This document shows positions 50,452 to 63,473 of a stretch of DNA of 64,000 nucleotides, in pieces. A model generated the notes under the pieces. It was not told where the DNA came from and did not search any database. It worked only from the letters and a program-made list of their open reading frames with translations. The stretch is taken from contig CM035355.1 of NCBI GenBank assembly GCA_020137815.1, positions 7,006,001-7,070,000 of the forward strand, read 5' to 3'. The position numbers and the translations under genes were made by a program. The stretch is from Hormiphora californensis (lineage: Eukaryota; Animalia; Ctenophora). Positions within the stretch are counted from its first letter, which is position 1; each line of letters opens with the position of its first letter.

Positions 50452-50714
50452 CTGTTTGGTTTCATTATTCACACCAATGGTGTTGGCGGGTGTGACATGA
50501 CATCGAAGACGCTCATTTAGACGTTTCGGTTGTACGGCCAATATCAATAATGCTTAATAAATAAGTTTCAAACTTTCATCAACTACAACGTAAAACTATT
50601 TATTGAGCATTATTGACAATGGCCGTACAGCCGAAACGTCTAAATGAGCGTCTTCGATGTCATGTCACACCTGCACCCGCCAACACCATTGGTGTGAATA
50701 ATGAAACCAAACAG
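50452..50714. mobile_element. Palindromic MITE (ctgtttggtttc...gaaaccaaacag)
   Basis: Near-perfect inverted arms of about 100 bp. Confidence 0.75.
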
Positions 50715-51008
50715 ATATACTACCCCACCAGCCTCCACCATCTCATCCAAATGAATCTGTTACGTTTTAACTAGAAATTGGTATAGATTGTACAGAACTA
50801 AACTGAAGAAACCTATGTGCAATTGCATAACGAAACGACCTGCAACTTATAAAAAGGTTACAAGTCATTGGCCGTCAGTTTACAGCTAATTGCCATATTT
50901 CGTCAGTCACTCAGTCGTCACCGATTTTAAATTTTCGAATCTGGGCAGGCGCCAGGCGGACAGGCGACACATTGGCAGTTTAAGTTTCTAGGCTCTATTT
51001 CTACTTTG

Positions 51009-51090
51009 GAGGGTCGAGCTAGGCAACGCTGTAAGCGGTATTATAGGTAGGGTGAGGTAAGTTACTTACTCATTGCCTAGCTCGACCCTT
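51009..51090. mobile_element. Short MITE with agggtcgagctaggcaa TIRs
   Basis: 17-bp inverted repeats; related single ends at ~19651, ~37614 and ~39997. Confidence 0.55.
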
Positions 51091-52053
51091 TTTTCGCAAG
51101 CTCCGCGGATTAGAACATAACAACTGCCACAGTTGAAACTTCAGAACTTAGTCGTCGGAGTCTCCGACTCGGAGAAGGACACGAAAGTCAGTATTTACAT
51201 CTTCGGAAGTTTTTAGTCTTCTTCGTCTACAGTCTAGACAGGTGTCAACTCCTCTCAAAACATCCACCTTCTGGTAGCAAATCGTGCCCAGTCAAAAGTT
51301 TGTCAGTCGTCAGTATCCAGTCAGCGGAGGGGTGAAGGCGGAGGTCGGATGACGGATTCTGACCGTCGGAAATTGGTGATGGAACGTGCGAAATGTCCAA
51401 TCGATACAGTATTCAATGTCAACACTCAGCCAAGGGGGAATTGAGTCGTCTGTTGTGAGTTGTGACTTGTGTTTGAAATGTGGGACTTGGGTTGGCAAAC
51501 GCTGCTGACGCGGGATAAAAGGCAGTGCTTTTCAAGGACTTGGGAAACCTCCCGTTTGGCGCTTGTCAGCGCTTTCCCACTTTGCAAAGCTTTGAGTGGA
51601 TATTTTTAAGCGCGCGGCCGTAACAGATCCAAACTTGCGCGGATTTTATTTGCGCGTTCAAAATTTCCCGCGCCCGCGCGACTCATGATCATAAGTGATG
51701 TATCGCGCGTTACAGTTCGTTTCTAAAGATGCGCCGTAAACCATGCCGATTGCCCTAACTTTCCTATCGAGAGTCAGAGATTTCAGATCATGGTAGAGAT
51801 TAGCAGTACGCCGTTACTTATGCATGAATATGTGTTTGCTGTATACCGAATTTAGACTCCCTCCCCGTCTATGATCGTTGATCTTGATGTCTTACATCTC
51901 TCTTTCTTCTTCTCTCTTTCTTTTTCTCTCTTTCTACCGATCAACCCTGGGGCAGGCTGAACAATTTTCTAATTGCATCTAACGTCTTTCACTATCTTTA
52001 CCCTCCTTCTTTAAATCGATTCTCTCTCTCTCTCTCTTTCTCACTCGCTCTCT

Positions 52054-52143
52054 CATTCATTTCAATATCAGTTGCATACACGAAACAGTATAATAACATT
52101 CATTTCAATATCAGTTGCATACACGAAACAGTATAATAACATT
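52054..52143. repeat. 43-bp tandem duplication
   Basis: cattcatttcaatatcagttgcatacacgaaacagtataataa, two copies. Confidence 0.85.
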
Positions 52144-53551
52144 TCGATTCATAACACCTGCATAAGTATAATAACCGGACCATCTGGTACACCCATTTGT
52201 TCATCGATCCCATCTTTCAGCAACTAAGTCATTGGTAACAACTGAGGTATCAACTGAGGCCTGAGCTACTAATTATGGTCTCCACAGCTCCCCAAGTTTC
52301 TAAGAAAATCAGTGATCATGATTTAAAATTATCAGCCACCTTTCCTTTCACATTACGTCACGGAGCCCCATGCGACACCCCTGTCAGAGCTTTGGCCTGA
52401 CAGCAACACCATAATACAAATTATAAATACTCGACGAGACATCCCGTGATACAGCAACCCAGGATCAAATGTGAAATGTACCATCCTGGGCCCACCCACG
52501 ACCAAATGTATCACCCACGATGGTACTCGGTACCATTAATTGGGGACCTATTTCCTCAAATTATTGTCCTAGGTTCCAGGAAGGGCTCTCGCTCTAATTG
52601 TGAACCCTTTTACATAGCGGTTTGTTTACAAGCAAGGGGGGGACTAGGGATTAACTTCCGGGATGTCGGGCCCCTATTGTATACACCTTGGTGAAACGCT
52701 CTATTTTTACCATTTCAACATTTATCCCTCACTCTATCTCCATCTCTCTCTCTATCTTTCTCTCTCTATATCCCTCTATCTTTCTCTCTCCCCATCCTTC
52801 CCCATTTCTCAGTTTCTCACTCTCACCCCCTCGCCCAAATATCGCATGCAATTGTGCACGGTGTTGTATCGATGGGGGATTAGAAAACACAATGCCCTAT
52901 AACAAGTGCACTGGTGATCTGTGCCTCTCCCTGATTGGTCAGTACCAATCACGTGACCCCTAATTGGAGGGCTCTGATTGGTTAATACACAGCCCACACC
53001 CCCAGGGCTCCCACCACTGTCACAAAGTGAAATCATAGACTACTGTTTTACACACACCATGATGATGTAGGGAAATCCATTCATTGTTCCCAACCATTTA
53101 CCCCCTCTCTCTATCTACTATCTAGGTACTATCTATCTCTCTCTATCTCTCTCTCACCCTTCTCACTCACTCTCTATCTCACTCTCCCTATTACTCTCAC
53201 AGTCTCACACCCTCCTCATTTTGGTAAGGACAGCATGAGAATGAGGGGGCGTGGAGGGTTGCAGGAGGGCTTTGGGGCTAGAAAAGGCGAATACGAGATA
53301 TTTTAGCATTTAGAGTAGAACCATTAATAATAAACATTCAAACAGAAAAAAACAAAACCTCTTCCTTCTTTCTCTCTCTCATTCCCTTATTTTCAACTGA
53401 ATCACGTTCACAGACCCAATCAAATATAGTAGCCCTCAAGTACTTTCACGCTCGAGCAAAACTTGAGACAAACACTCACTCTACATGAAAAAAACACACG
53501 CAATATCATTGGACAACAAGTAAAAATTGTGAAACAAAGAGGGTCTGTCAT

Positions 53552-55091
53552 TAGTCTAGTGAAAACATGTTTTGACCCCCGAAATTTTTGATGCATTTAT
53601 AATTCCTTCACCAAAATGTCCTCAAAGGGCTTCTGGGTGAGATCCCAAAAGTCTACCAACCAACTCCTGGGGGAAGTACCCTTAATTGGCCCTAATTGGC
53701 TTGATGGTATAACTCGCCAATTTTGCTAACTCAGATCTGGAGCGTCGTAGAGACCTTTCATTGGAATCGATCCGGAATATATGATTTTATATTAGTGCTA
53801 TGAAGGTCCGAAGTCGCTATCTCTAACCGTTTAGCCGCTAATTGGATTTAACTGATTGATTGGACTTAATTGGCACCCTCATATCTCAGCTCAGGGACAT
53901 CGTAGAGACTTTTCATTGGTCGGAAATTGACCGGAATGTGCAGGTTTATATCAGTGCTATGAAGGTCCAAAGTCGCTATCTCCAACCGTTTAGCCGGAAA
54001 TCGAACTTCTTTAAAACCGTTATGCGCATGGTCATTGGGTTTGTAAGATTTTCTGTTTCTCAGCTCAGGAGCGTCGTAGAGACTTGATTCCGGTTGCAAA
54101 CGAACCGGAATACCCAAGTTTATATTGACCCTATGAAGGTCCGAAGTCGCTATCTCCAACCAATTAGCCGCAAATTGGACTTAATTGACCTTAATTGGGC
54201 TAAATAGCCAAATAGACCGCAAATTAGTGGCAAAATGTGTAACAAGCTAGTTCCTTCACTAAGTGACCCTAATGGGTCCCCCAAATCACCAAAATAATTC
54301 CTGGCCGATCAGAGTTGCAGAAGACCCTTATTTCCGGGTGGGCGTGGCACCAGTATTTTCAGGCAGATGCCAAAAACGTAACTTTCCTTTGGGAAGGAGT
54401 AGAGACAAATTTGTATTGTTCATACTATACGCGGGGGAGGTGCAACAGCACAAAGACAAATCTAAGGACATTAAAATGCGTAGCGTCCTCGCATTAGTGG
54501 GAGTAGACGCCCATAAAAAGTTCCTATCTCATTTTGTTAATTGGTTAATTAGATAATTAGTTGTGCGCATAGCCATATTTCCGATATTATACGGTTTAAA
54601 TGGCTCAGCCATGAATAAGGACCTGCTTCTGACCGCTGAATACGATTATGAGCAATATAATGGAACTCAGAGGTGTGAAAAGTGTCTTAATTAGGCATAA
54701 TTGGATATAATTGGGCATAATTGGGTACGTTGACCAGATCGTATATTACTAGGTACACCCTAAAACCCACTTAAATATCTCCCAAGACTCTCCCAGAACC
54801 CGGTCAGAGCCTCCTAAATACCCCTCAGACATTTCTAAATACCCTCAAAACACATTACAGTAGTGCGACCAATGAAAGGTCTCTACGACGCTCCAGAGCT
54901 GAGTTAGCAAAATTGGCGAGTTATACCATCAAGCCAATTAGGGCCAATTAAGGGTACTTCCCCCAGGAGTTGGTTGGTAGACTTTTGGGATCTCACCCAG
55001 AAGCCCTTTGAGGACATTTTGGTGAAAGAATTATAAATGCATCAAAAATTTCGGGGGTCGACCCCTTTTTTTACACGTTTTCACTAGACTA
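53552..55091. mobile_element. Non-autonomous Academ-like DNA transposon
   Basis: TAG...CTA termini, ~210-bp TIRs, 4-bp TSD tcat, and three ~160-175-bp internal subrepeats. Confidence 0.75.
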
Positions 55092-55262
55092 TCATGTGTT
55101 CATTGTAAAACCAATTAATTTCAATGTAACAAATATATATTTAAACAGCACGCACGGTACAAAAAGCAGTACAACAGCATGCAATTAGTCTTTTTTAAAT
55201 TAATAAACCCCACAATTAATAGAGTTTTTTAAACGATGACCGTGAAAATTTTATCTTCGTTT

Positions 55263-56191
55263 TTAATGTCGTTGTACATCACTTCGACTTTCAAGTAGTC
55301 GGCTGACCAGTTCTTCCTTGCTTAGCCGAGCCAAATCTTCCGCTTCTGATGTTTCTGGAAGAGGGGGAAGGTTTAGAAAAGGGGAGAAGGTTAATATAAG
55401 AAAAAATGGAGAGTGAGAGAGTGAGAAGAGATAGTAATAGAAAATTAATACAAATAATGGTTTCTGCCAATGATAAATCAAGCGAGTCTAACTTGTCCAA
55501 TCAACACTTCATGAACTGTGATAGAAAATTAATATTTGGCATATTTTATGAACTGTGAACATGGCTTTGAGAGAGTTTATCAATCATAGCTAGTAATAAC
55601 ACTACCGTATACGGCCATCGATATTTTATCTGACTTGTCATTTTAATTTCCTTTCTTTTTTACTATTGATACCAGTATAATACTTGGGGTATTAGTGGAA
55701 TACTTTCCTAAAATTGTAACTCTAAAAACACAAGAATTAATCCCACAGTAAAGTATTACAGTACGTCTCAGATTATCTGACGGGTCTTTATGCGAGGAAG
55801 TACCAAAATAAGTTGGCTGCCAGCAGCAGTTGTATTAGTCACGAATTAGTTAGATAATCTAACGAATTCGTGACTTACTCTGTCTGGCGCCGCGACCCAT
55901 CTGAGCGCACTGTCGCTCTGTCGCTCAATTTGAGAATCAAATTGGGTATGGCGCCACCATACAGGACTTACTTATATTTTATAAAAAGTTATCGTACTTT
56001 CTCGATTGGGGGCTCTCAAGTTTTACTATAATATTTCTCAGGGGTAGAATTATTGTTGTTGAGCTGGGACTGACGTGAAATTTAAGAATGTTTTGCCACA
56101 GTGAAAAGGAAGCTGAAAAGGAAGCTATGCACCTCAACATTCAATGTTTAGAGTTCTCTTCTACCCCTCTCTAACTCTCTCTCTTTCTCTA

Positions 56192-56251
<60 letters not shown>

Positions 56252-58209
56252 TCTCTCTCTCTCTCTCAGCTCTCTCTAAGGCCTCTCCTATAACCGACGT
56301 GTAAACTACTCAGTTTGCATATGTACACGCACTGCAAATTTGGTTTACTTTTTTACCGACAATTGGCAATTCCTAGTGAGCGTGTTATGTATTATGTGTA
56401 AGGTGAAAGAAATCGAAATAACTGGCGACCCTTCCCCACTATTTCACTATAAAGGAAGTCACTTCAGAAATAACTGGACATCATTACAAGTAGAAGGAAA
56501 CAGAAAATACCAAAGAGAAACAAGTTTATTTCAGTTTGAGGCAATATATTAACACCCCTACTTACCCATAACAGCTCCATCGTTAAACTGATCAGGAGGG
56601 GCGATGATATCACTCACTGATGTCAACTTCCTGGGAGAGAAGGAGGGGGTTAAGAAGATGGGGGGGGGGGGAGGCAATGTGATAAACAGTTGTATGACGC
56701 AATGAGAAAGAACTAATGCTGCTGTTAAAGGTATTGTGGAGGTGTGACCGCATTGCATGTTAATGAACACCTTATAGATCGTTGGGAATATTTTCAGAAA
56801 AAAAGGAATGATTGAGGTGCTCTATTGAATCCACTTAGAGAGCACTCATAACATGAAATAAAATGCGGTGAGCTATATCACAAGTTTCCTCCCGTTTAGT
56901 TACATCCAGGTTCACGGGATAGAAAGCTTTTTACAGGTCTAACTATCAACTATTCGATTTATTGTCAGTCACTGACTGTAACATCGTGCACGCTGCTCGA
57001 TTTACAGCTACAAGAGGAGAGGACACTCTTATATGACACAAATATGAGAGATTGGTAAGTTACCTTGACGGTGTGGGGGTAATTGGGACAGCCCGGGAGA
57101 CATAAGAGACACTATCGAATGAGGATGATCCGCTGCTGCTTCTTCGTCTCCTGTCGTCAGGTGGTGGGGCCACTGAAAACAAGAGAGGTTAATAATATAA
57201 ATGGGGAAATGGTTAAAATGGAGGTGGTTAAATGGGGAAATGGAGGAAATTAGTGATTTCTGACGACCTCGAGGTGACTAGTAAAGTTATTCATGGAGAC
57301 TATCTCTGCTCTCTAGGGGAAGTGCATCAATCATCATTGTGAATGGTTTCTACCAGAAGTGATATATCACTTCACATTTTAATATGGGAATTTTGTAAAA
57401 TGAGTAGATTGGAGATAGTAGAAATGAGATCACCCCCCTGAACTAGATATATATCATCTTTACCCATAGTTGGGGGGGGGTGCAGCCCCAAAAAAATTCA
57501 AACTTTTTCCGAAACCCAGGGTATGGTTGGTTTTTTTTGGTTTTTTTTTGGTTGAAATTTCTTTGATTTTTTTTGGTCGTTTTTGATTTTTTTTGGTCGT
57601 TTTTGATTTTTTTTGATTTTTTTTGATTTTTTTTGATCGTTTTTGATTTTTTTTGATCGTTTTTGATTTTTTTTGAATTTTTTTGAATTTTTTGATCGTT
57701 TTTGAATTTTTTTGATCGTTTTTGATTTTTTTTAATTGTTTAATGTTGAACAAAAAAGTTCAAAAAAAATCAAAAACGATCAAATAAAATAAAAAACGAT
57801 CAAAAAAATTCAAAAAAAATCAAAAACGATCAAAAAATATCAAAAAAAATCAAAAACGATCAAAAAATTCAACAAAAAAAATCAAAAACGATCAAAAAAA
57901 ATCAAAAAAGATCAAAAAAAATCAAAAACGACCAAAAAAAATCAAAAAAGATCAAAAAAAATCAAAAACGACCAAAAGAAATAAAAAAAGATCAAAAAAA
58001 TCAAAAAAGATCAAAAAAAATCAAAAACGACCAAAAAAAATCAAAAAAGATCAAAAAAAATCAAAAACGACCAAAAAAAATCAACACTTTTGAAAATCCA
58101 GGGTATGGTTGGTTTTTTTTGGGCTGCACCCCCCCCCCCCCCCCATAGTTGAATTCAGTGACATATCATTATCTAATTTCATATCTTTCATATTGATCTG
58201 TATGAGAGT

Positions 58210-58258
<49 letters not shown>

Positions 58259-58333
58259 TGAGTGAGTGAGTGAGAGAGATAGAGAGAGAGTGAGAGAGTG
58301 AGTGAGAGAGAGAGAGAGTGAGAGAGAGAGAGT

Positions 58334-58374
<41 letters not shown>

Positions 58375-60481
58375 CTCGTTGTTTTGTTTTATCTGTCGAT
58401 GTCTGTATCCTGGGGACATAGAATTCTCAGAGAATTTACCAAATCCTGCAAATCAACTATGGACTATTATATTGGAGGAGTTCACATCAAGAAGCAACTA
58501 CTCAACAATCAGATAAGAACCAGTCTGCTTGCTTGTCCAGTTGTTGTTGAGTCTGTATCTCGTCTGTACCTCTTTCCCTGTTAGCGTAGTGTGACATCTG
58601 TTCTGGTCTGTATCAGCCCACTTGTAGGTTCGTTATTCCTGTATCCTCTCCTTTTCATTTATATGTATTTTATAGTATAGTCTGTTACAGCTGTAGTACC
58701 CCTTTTTTTTTCTTTTGTATCTTATATTTCTATATTTTTTCGTTCAGGTTTTGTGATTCCCCTCTTGTCCATTATTGGACGTGTTTCTCCTGACTCCTGT
58801 TTGCTGCATTCATGTATTCGTGTGTCATCTCCGTTTCCTGCTTCCGGGCCTCTCATCCTGGCTTGTCCGCTGCCCTGGTCATCCGCCTAGCTTCTCTTTC
58901 ATCATCAGGCCCTATTTTGACTCTCCTGGCTGCCCATCTCTTCTCTGTATCTTCTTTGTCTCTCATTTCTTCCTCACTTTCCCTCACTATCCCTATTTTT
59001 GCCCCTGCCAGCGCATTTTTGCCCCTGCCAGATCATTCAGGCATTCTTCCTCTTTCTTCATCCCCCCTTTTTTCCCTCTCTCGCATGTCCCATTCTTATC
59101 TTCTTCAGCCCAATTTCTCCAATTAGGTGTGATCTTTCTGTTCCACCCTGCCCCTTGTAGGTTTTCCTCCTTCTCCCTCTCTCGCTCTCTACCCTTATTC
59201 TCTCTTTCTTTCTCGCTCGCTCTCTTTCTTACTCGCTCTCTTTCTCTCTCTCTATCTCCCCCTCTCTCTCTCACACACTCTTTCTCTCTCTCTCTCACTC
59301 ACAATATTTTATTCCCAGCCATCTCAACCCTTCATCCCCACGTGGTTATCTCTACAAGTTCTGGCTAGACGCCATTTACATGGTTCATGAGACGGTAACA
59401 CGATCGCCACTCACACGTCATCTGGGATATCTTACCCCTTCGTCATCCCAGTCACGCACAATCTCGCTATAATTGTCACTCTGTCAAATTGACAGTTTCG
59501 ATTATAGGAGCAATCCGGATCGCACCCTTGTCCAGCCAGATAGAGGTGTTGGTTTCACCTAGTCTTGGACTAACTCTCTTGACAGTACTAACAAGACAAT
59601 CTACAAACCGAGAAAGAGTGCTTGAGGAGTGAGAACTGACCCCGTCGACGACAGACACTATGACCGATTTTCAGTCCTTCGGGGCGTGCTCTTATTACCC
59701 TTTCTATTGCATCCCCTGCATGTTTAAATCTTGACACTGTGCGAAGGACAGAGTCACGCTAGCTTTATACTTTTTTCGGCTTCACGTGCTTCCTACACAC
59801 GTATCCGTGTCGGTCAACTCAGACTGTCTGTCTGATGTGATCGTGATCACTGGTCGGCATCCCGTCCTACTCCCCAGGATGCAGGGATCTAGAACCAGCC
59901 CAAATCCCTTCCATAGTTCTGCCCCTCTTCCCGATCTCAAACTGAAATCTTACACTTTTCAAAATCCCTTTATATCTGAAGTGTTGACAATATGGTGGTA
60001 CTGAGCACCTGCGTCTCCTTCGGGTCTTTCATATAAATATTATAATAACACGGTGCCGTCAGTAGCGTGCTGCTTAGTGGCCATACCGTAGTCCTACCAA
60101 ACCAAACCAAACCAGAGAGAGAGAGATAGAGTAAGAGCGAGAGAGAGGAGCTGCAGATGATGAGAGTGGTTTATGCCCCGAAAAGGCGATCATTTTCATT
60201 GTGTGAATGACATGCAATGAGATTGGCAGCGAGCCACTGGACCCCCTGGTCGAGTCGTCCCCTTAATGACACACACTCTCTCTCTCTCGGTCCTCTAATG
60301 ATCACGCTGTGAATGGAAAACAGTGGTTCTGTATTATTCCCTGCAAGCGGGTAAGTGAGCAACCCACCAACGTACAGACTAGAGAGAGGGATACAGTAGG
60401 GGATGGAGAGAGAGACGGGGAGAGAGAGAGACGGGGAGAGAGAGTGAGACGGGGAGAGAGAGAGAGAGAGAGAGTGAGACG

Positions 60482-60545
<64 letters not shown>

Positions 60546-63473
60546 TTCAGAATCCTGCCCTAAGGGTAACCTGGGCCCACTTACATTTAGTGTTGACGCT
60601 AAGTCCATCTGAGCCGCTACTGTCACTTGTAGTACTGTACTGTCCACTGTTTCTGCAGAGGAGAAAAATACGAATTACGGATTTAAAAGCACCTCAAATT
60701 ATGTATATATGAGATTTAAAGTTGGAATTATCAAAACCTTTTAGAAAACTAGCAAAAAACACTTAGGCCAGTTAAGTTTATGGCCATAAAATTGATCATT
60801 TTTAGCTTTCTTTGATACCATTTGTCTCAAAGAGCCGTGAAAATGCATTTTCTTGACGTCACAAAGTATTATAGCACTCAACCTTCAAAGATTTAGATTT
60901 CATGCTTTCATCTGGCACAGCAGATACGGGGGGGGGGCAGAATGCAGATACGCGACAATAAACCACGGACAATTACTGCTCCGGGTCGATATAATCATGG
61001 CTTAGATAGCAAGATCACGATTAACTAAGATCTTTCTAGTTGAAACACTCACAATGCACTCACTATCTCATACATATCTCATGAACTTCATACTTTATAC
61101 TTTTTTTTAATCTCCATCTAATTCTATCAGAATATAATATTTGTACCTGACAACTCGGTGTGTCCTTGTTGGGACTCGACCAGTGGAGACAATATCATCC
61201 GAACTGCTCGTACTCTCGTACGTTACTCTCGCGGCTGCTGTTTGGGTCCCTACCCCACCTGCAACAGGGAAGGGAAGTTTTAACCGAGCTGTAATTGGGG
61301 GATTGGTTATATTGTTATGTCGGGTAGCTCCTGCAGAATTTTATTTGACCATATAACCACTGCCTGCACAAATTTATACAGTTCGGCCACTCTTAGAGCT
61401 GTGCTCAGAGCCCACAAGCTATTTAACTAATAAAAAGCAATTTCTTATCTTCCTTCACTATCCCTGTACTTTACAAAGCAAATGATTTGAATTTGAGAAT
61501 ATATAATGCAAAAAGGGGCCCCCTCAGCAAGTGTAGTAATAACTTGTACAAAATCATTCACGTGACTGTTAACTAGTAAATAATAAGTCTCTTAACTCCC
61601 ACTTACAAATTGGTGCACTTATTTGGAAGCCCAATACGATGTGTTACTAAATTCAGACACAACTACTAAAAAAAGAAAATAGCACCTTACTAAATCACAT
61701 ACACAGCGTAATGTTCTAATTATAGTCGAGACTATTCAGTAACAAGGTAAGTACCTGATTTTGTATAGTCAAGACTATTCAGTATCAAGGTAAGTACCGG
61801 CCTGATTTTGTATAGTCGAGAATATTCAGTAGCAAGGCAGAAGTAAGTATGTACCTGATTTTGTAGCTACAGTGACAGGAGTTTTTGGAGCAGACAGGGG
61901 CAATCGGAGGATGATTCTATCAGGTGAAACATGGGTTATATCGGCTGTTCGGTCAACACCACCGACTGTTAGACAGGAAATGTCGCTAGGACAACGGCCA
62001 AGGTTGCGTCCCTGGATCACCACCAGAGCTGTCTTCTCTCTCTGAAGTAGGAGGAGGATTTAGGGATTATTTCTATCCCTCTCTCTCTGGGAAGGGCTTG
62101 GTATTTACGAAGCATGTACATAGTGTCAACTGTCAAATCATCGGGTAGCCGGAATATAATAATTATTTTTCATAATTTCCCACGTTTTTAATTAGCTGAT
62201 CGAGGAAGTGAAATTGTACCTGTCGGCTGTCTCTGCCGTAAATTTTTTGACAACTCGATGTTTTTTATCGTCAAGAATTTGTTCGGTTAAAGTTACAAAC
62301 TCTACTCACTATCCCTTCTTTGCATAAAAGGTGTAAAGTTTCATGAGGCATATAAAATCAGGGTACCTACCGATTGTGGCCGATGGGAGGAAAAGACTGG
62401 TTCAGAGGGTCGTGTGAAATCACTTGAATATCTGGTAGATGCTCCCTCTACTGGGTAACTACCATTAAACCTGCAGAAAGATATTGTTGTTTTTCATTGG
62501 AATTACTACAATCTCTAAATTTTAAACAGACATCTTACTAAAAATAACCCGATAAAAGTTTGGTGACGCATTCACTGACAGATACGCGAAGCGTGGCAAA
62601 CGAAGCATAAGGGGTGATGGCATCACCAAGATAACAATTGGTATATAATAACACTATATTTAATAGAATCTAACTCACCGTGGTAATGATGAGAGTGTAT
62701 GCCGTTTTCCGAAGTCTCCTGCCTGGTTTCCAGCTGCCAAGTTGGGATCTGAACCAAACTTGTGGAATACACTTGCACGGAGTCGTTTCGTAGTAGCCAG
62801 CAGTCTCTTTTTACTCTGAAAAGGTTTTCAAAAATATAAAGTTGTTAAATTACATCATCAAACGTATACTATCATTCTAAAAGTATGCATACGTTTATCT
62901 GATACTCAGTCAGGGCATATCTTCACATGCACAGGTAGGTACTTACAAAGGCAGACTTATCGGTGAGGGAGAGAAGGAAAGAAAAAGAGCAGTCCACAGA
63001 TTGGGGAGATAGGAGATCAACAACTCGAGTTAGCAGTGTCTCTGTATCACAGTCCTTCACCAATAACTGTACAATAGTTGGGGTTTAGAAAGGTTCCGCT
63101 TTAGTAACACACGAATTAAAGAATACTCCAGACAGTCTAGTGAATTGTGGATTCACCCTGCAGGAACCCACTAAAAGACTGGTAAATCATTAACTAATCA
63201 GTTATTAATCGAACTCATATGTACCTGTACAGAACCGAGTATCTGGTCACCATCCCTAAGAAGGAACAAGAGCTTGTCTCGTCGTGAGACCCCACTGAAC
63301 TCTACCTCACTATTCCAGATGGGGTTGGTGCTAACGACGCTGTGAGTGTTTTCCGTCCGATTGGCAACACCACAAATTACATTGGCGGCCGGGGTTATTC
63401 CGGATACAGTTCCCGGAACGTTACGTGCTGAGACAATCTTTATTGACAGACAGTAGTGACTGTCTTTGAACAT
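55263..63473 (-). CDS. C2-domain plus IPT/TIG-domain protein, multi-exon, possibly Rab11-FIP-related; 3' end uncertain
   Basis: C2 exon (IKIVSARNV...TNPIWNSEVEF); further GT-AG exons at ~62947-63066, 62679-62815, 62349-62470, 61855-62041 (VIQGRNLGRCPSDISCLTVGG...VATKSG, IPT), 61146-61331, 57064-57172, 56564-56630 and 55263-55354. Confidence 0.65.
55880..55964. mobile_element. CTGT...ACAG MITE, copy 3
   Basis: Homologous to the copies at 33173 and 36024; perfect TSD gacttact. Confidence 0.85.
57472..58144. mobile_element. Poly-G-terminated foldback element C
   Basis: Gn-tgcagccc TIR, 6-bp TSD atagtt, inverted arrays of the 10-bp units GATTTTTTTT and GATCGTTTTT. Confidence 0.85.

Noticed and set aside
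57460-57753. Lys-rich 97-aa ORF
   Set aside because: It is a translation of the T-tract array of foldback element C.
57540-58082. Regular repeats as a CRISPR-like array
   Set aside because: There are no unique spacers; it is a simple 10-bp-period satellite within a TIR element in eukaryotic DNA.
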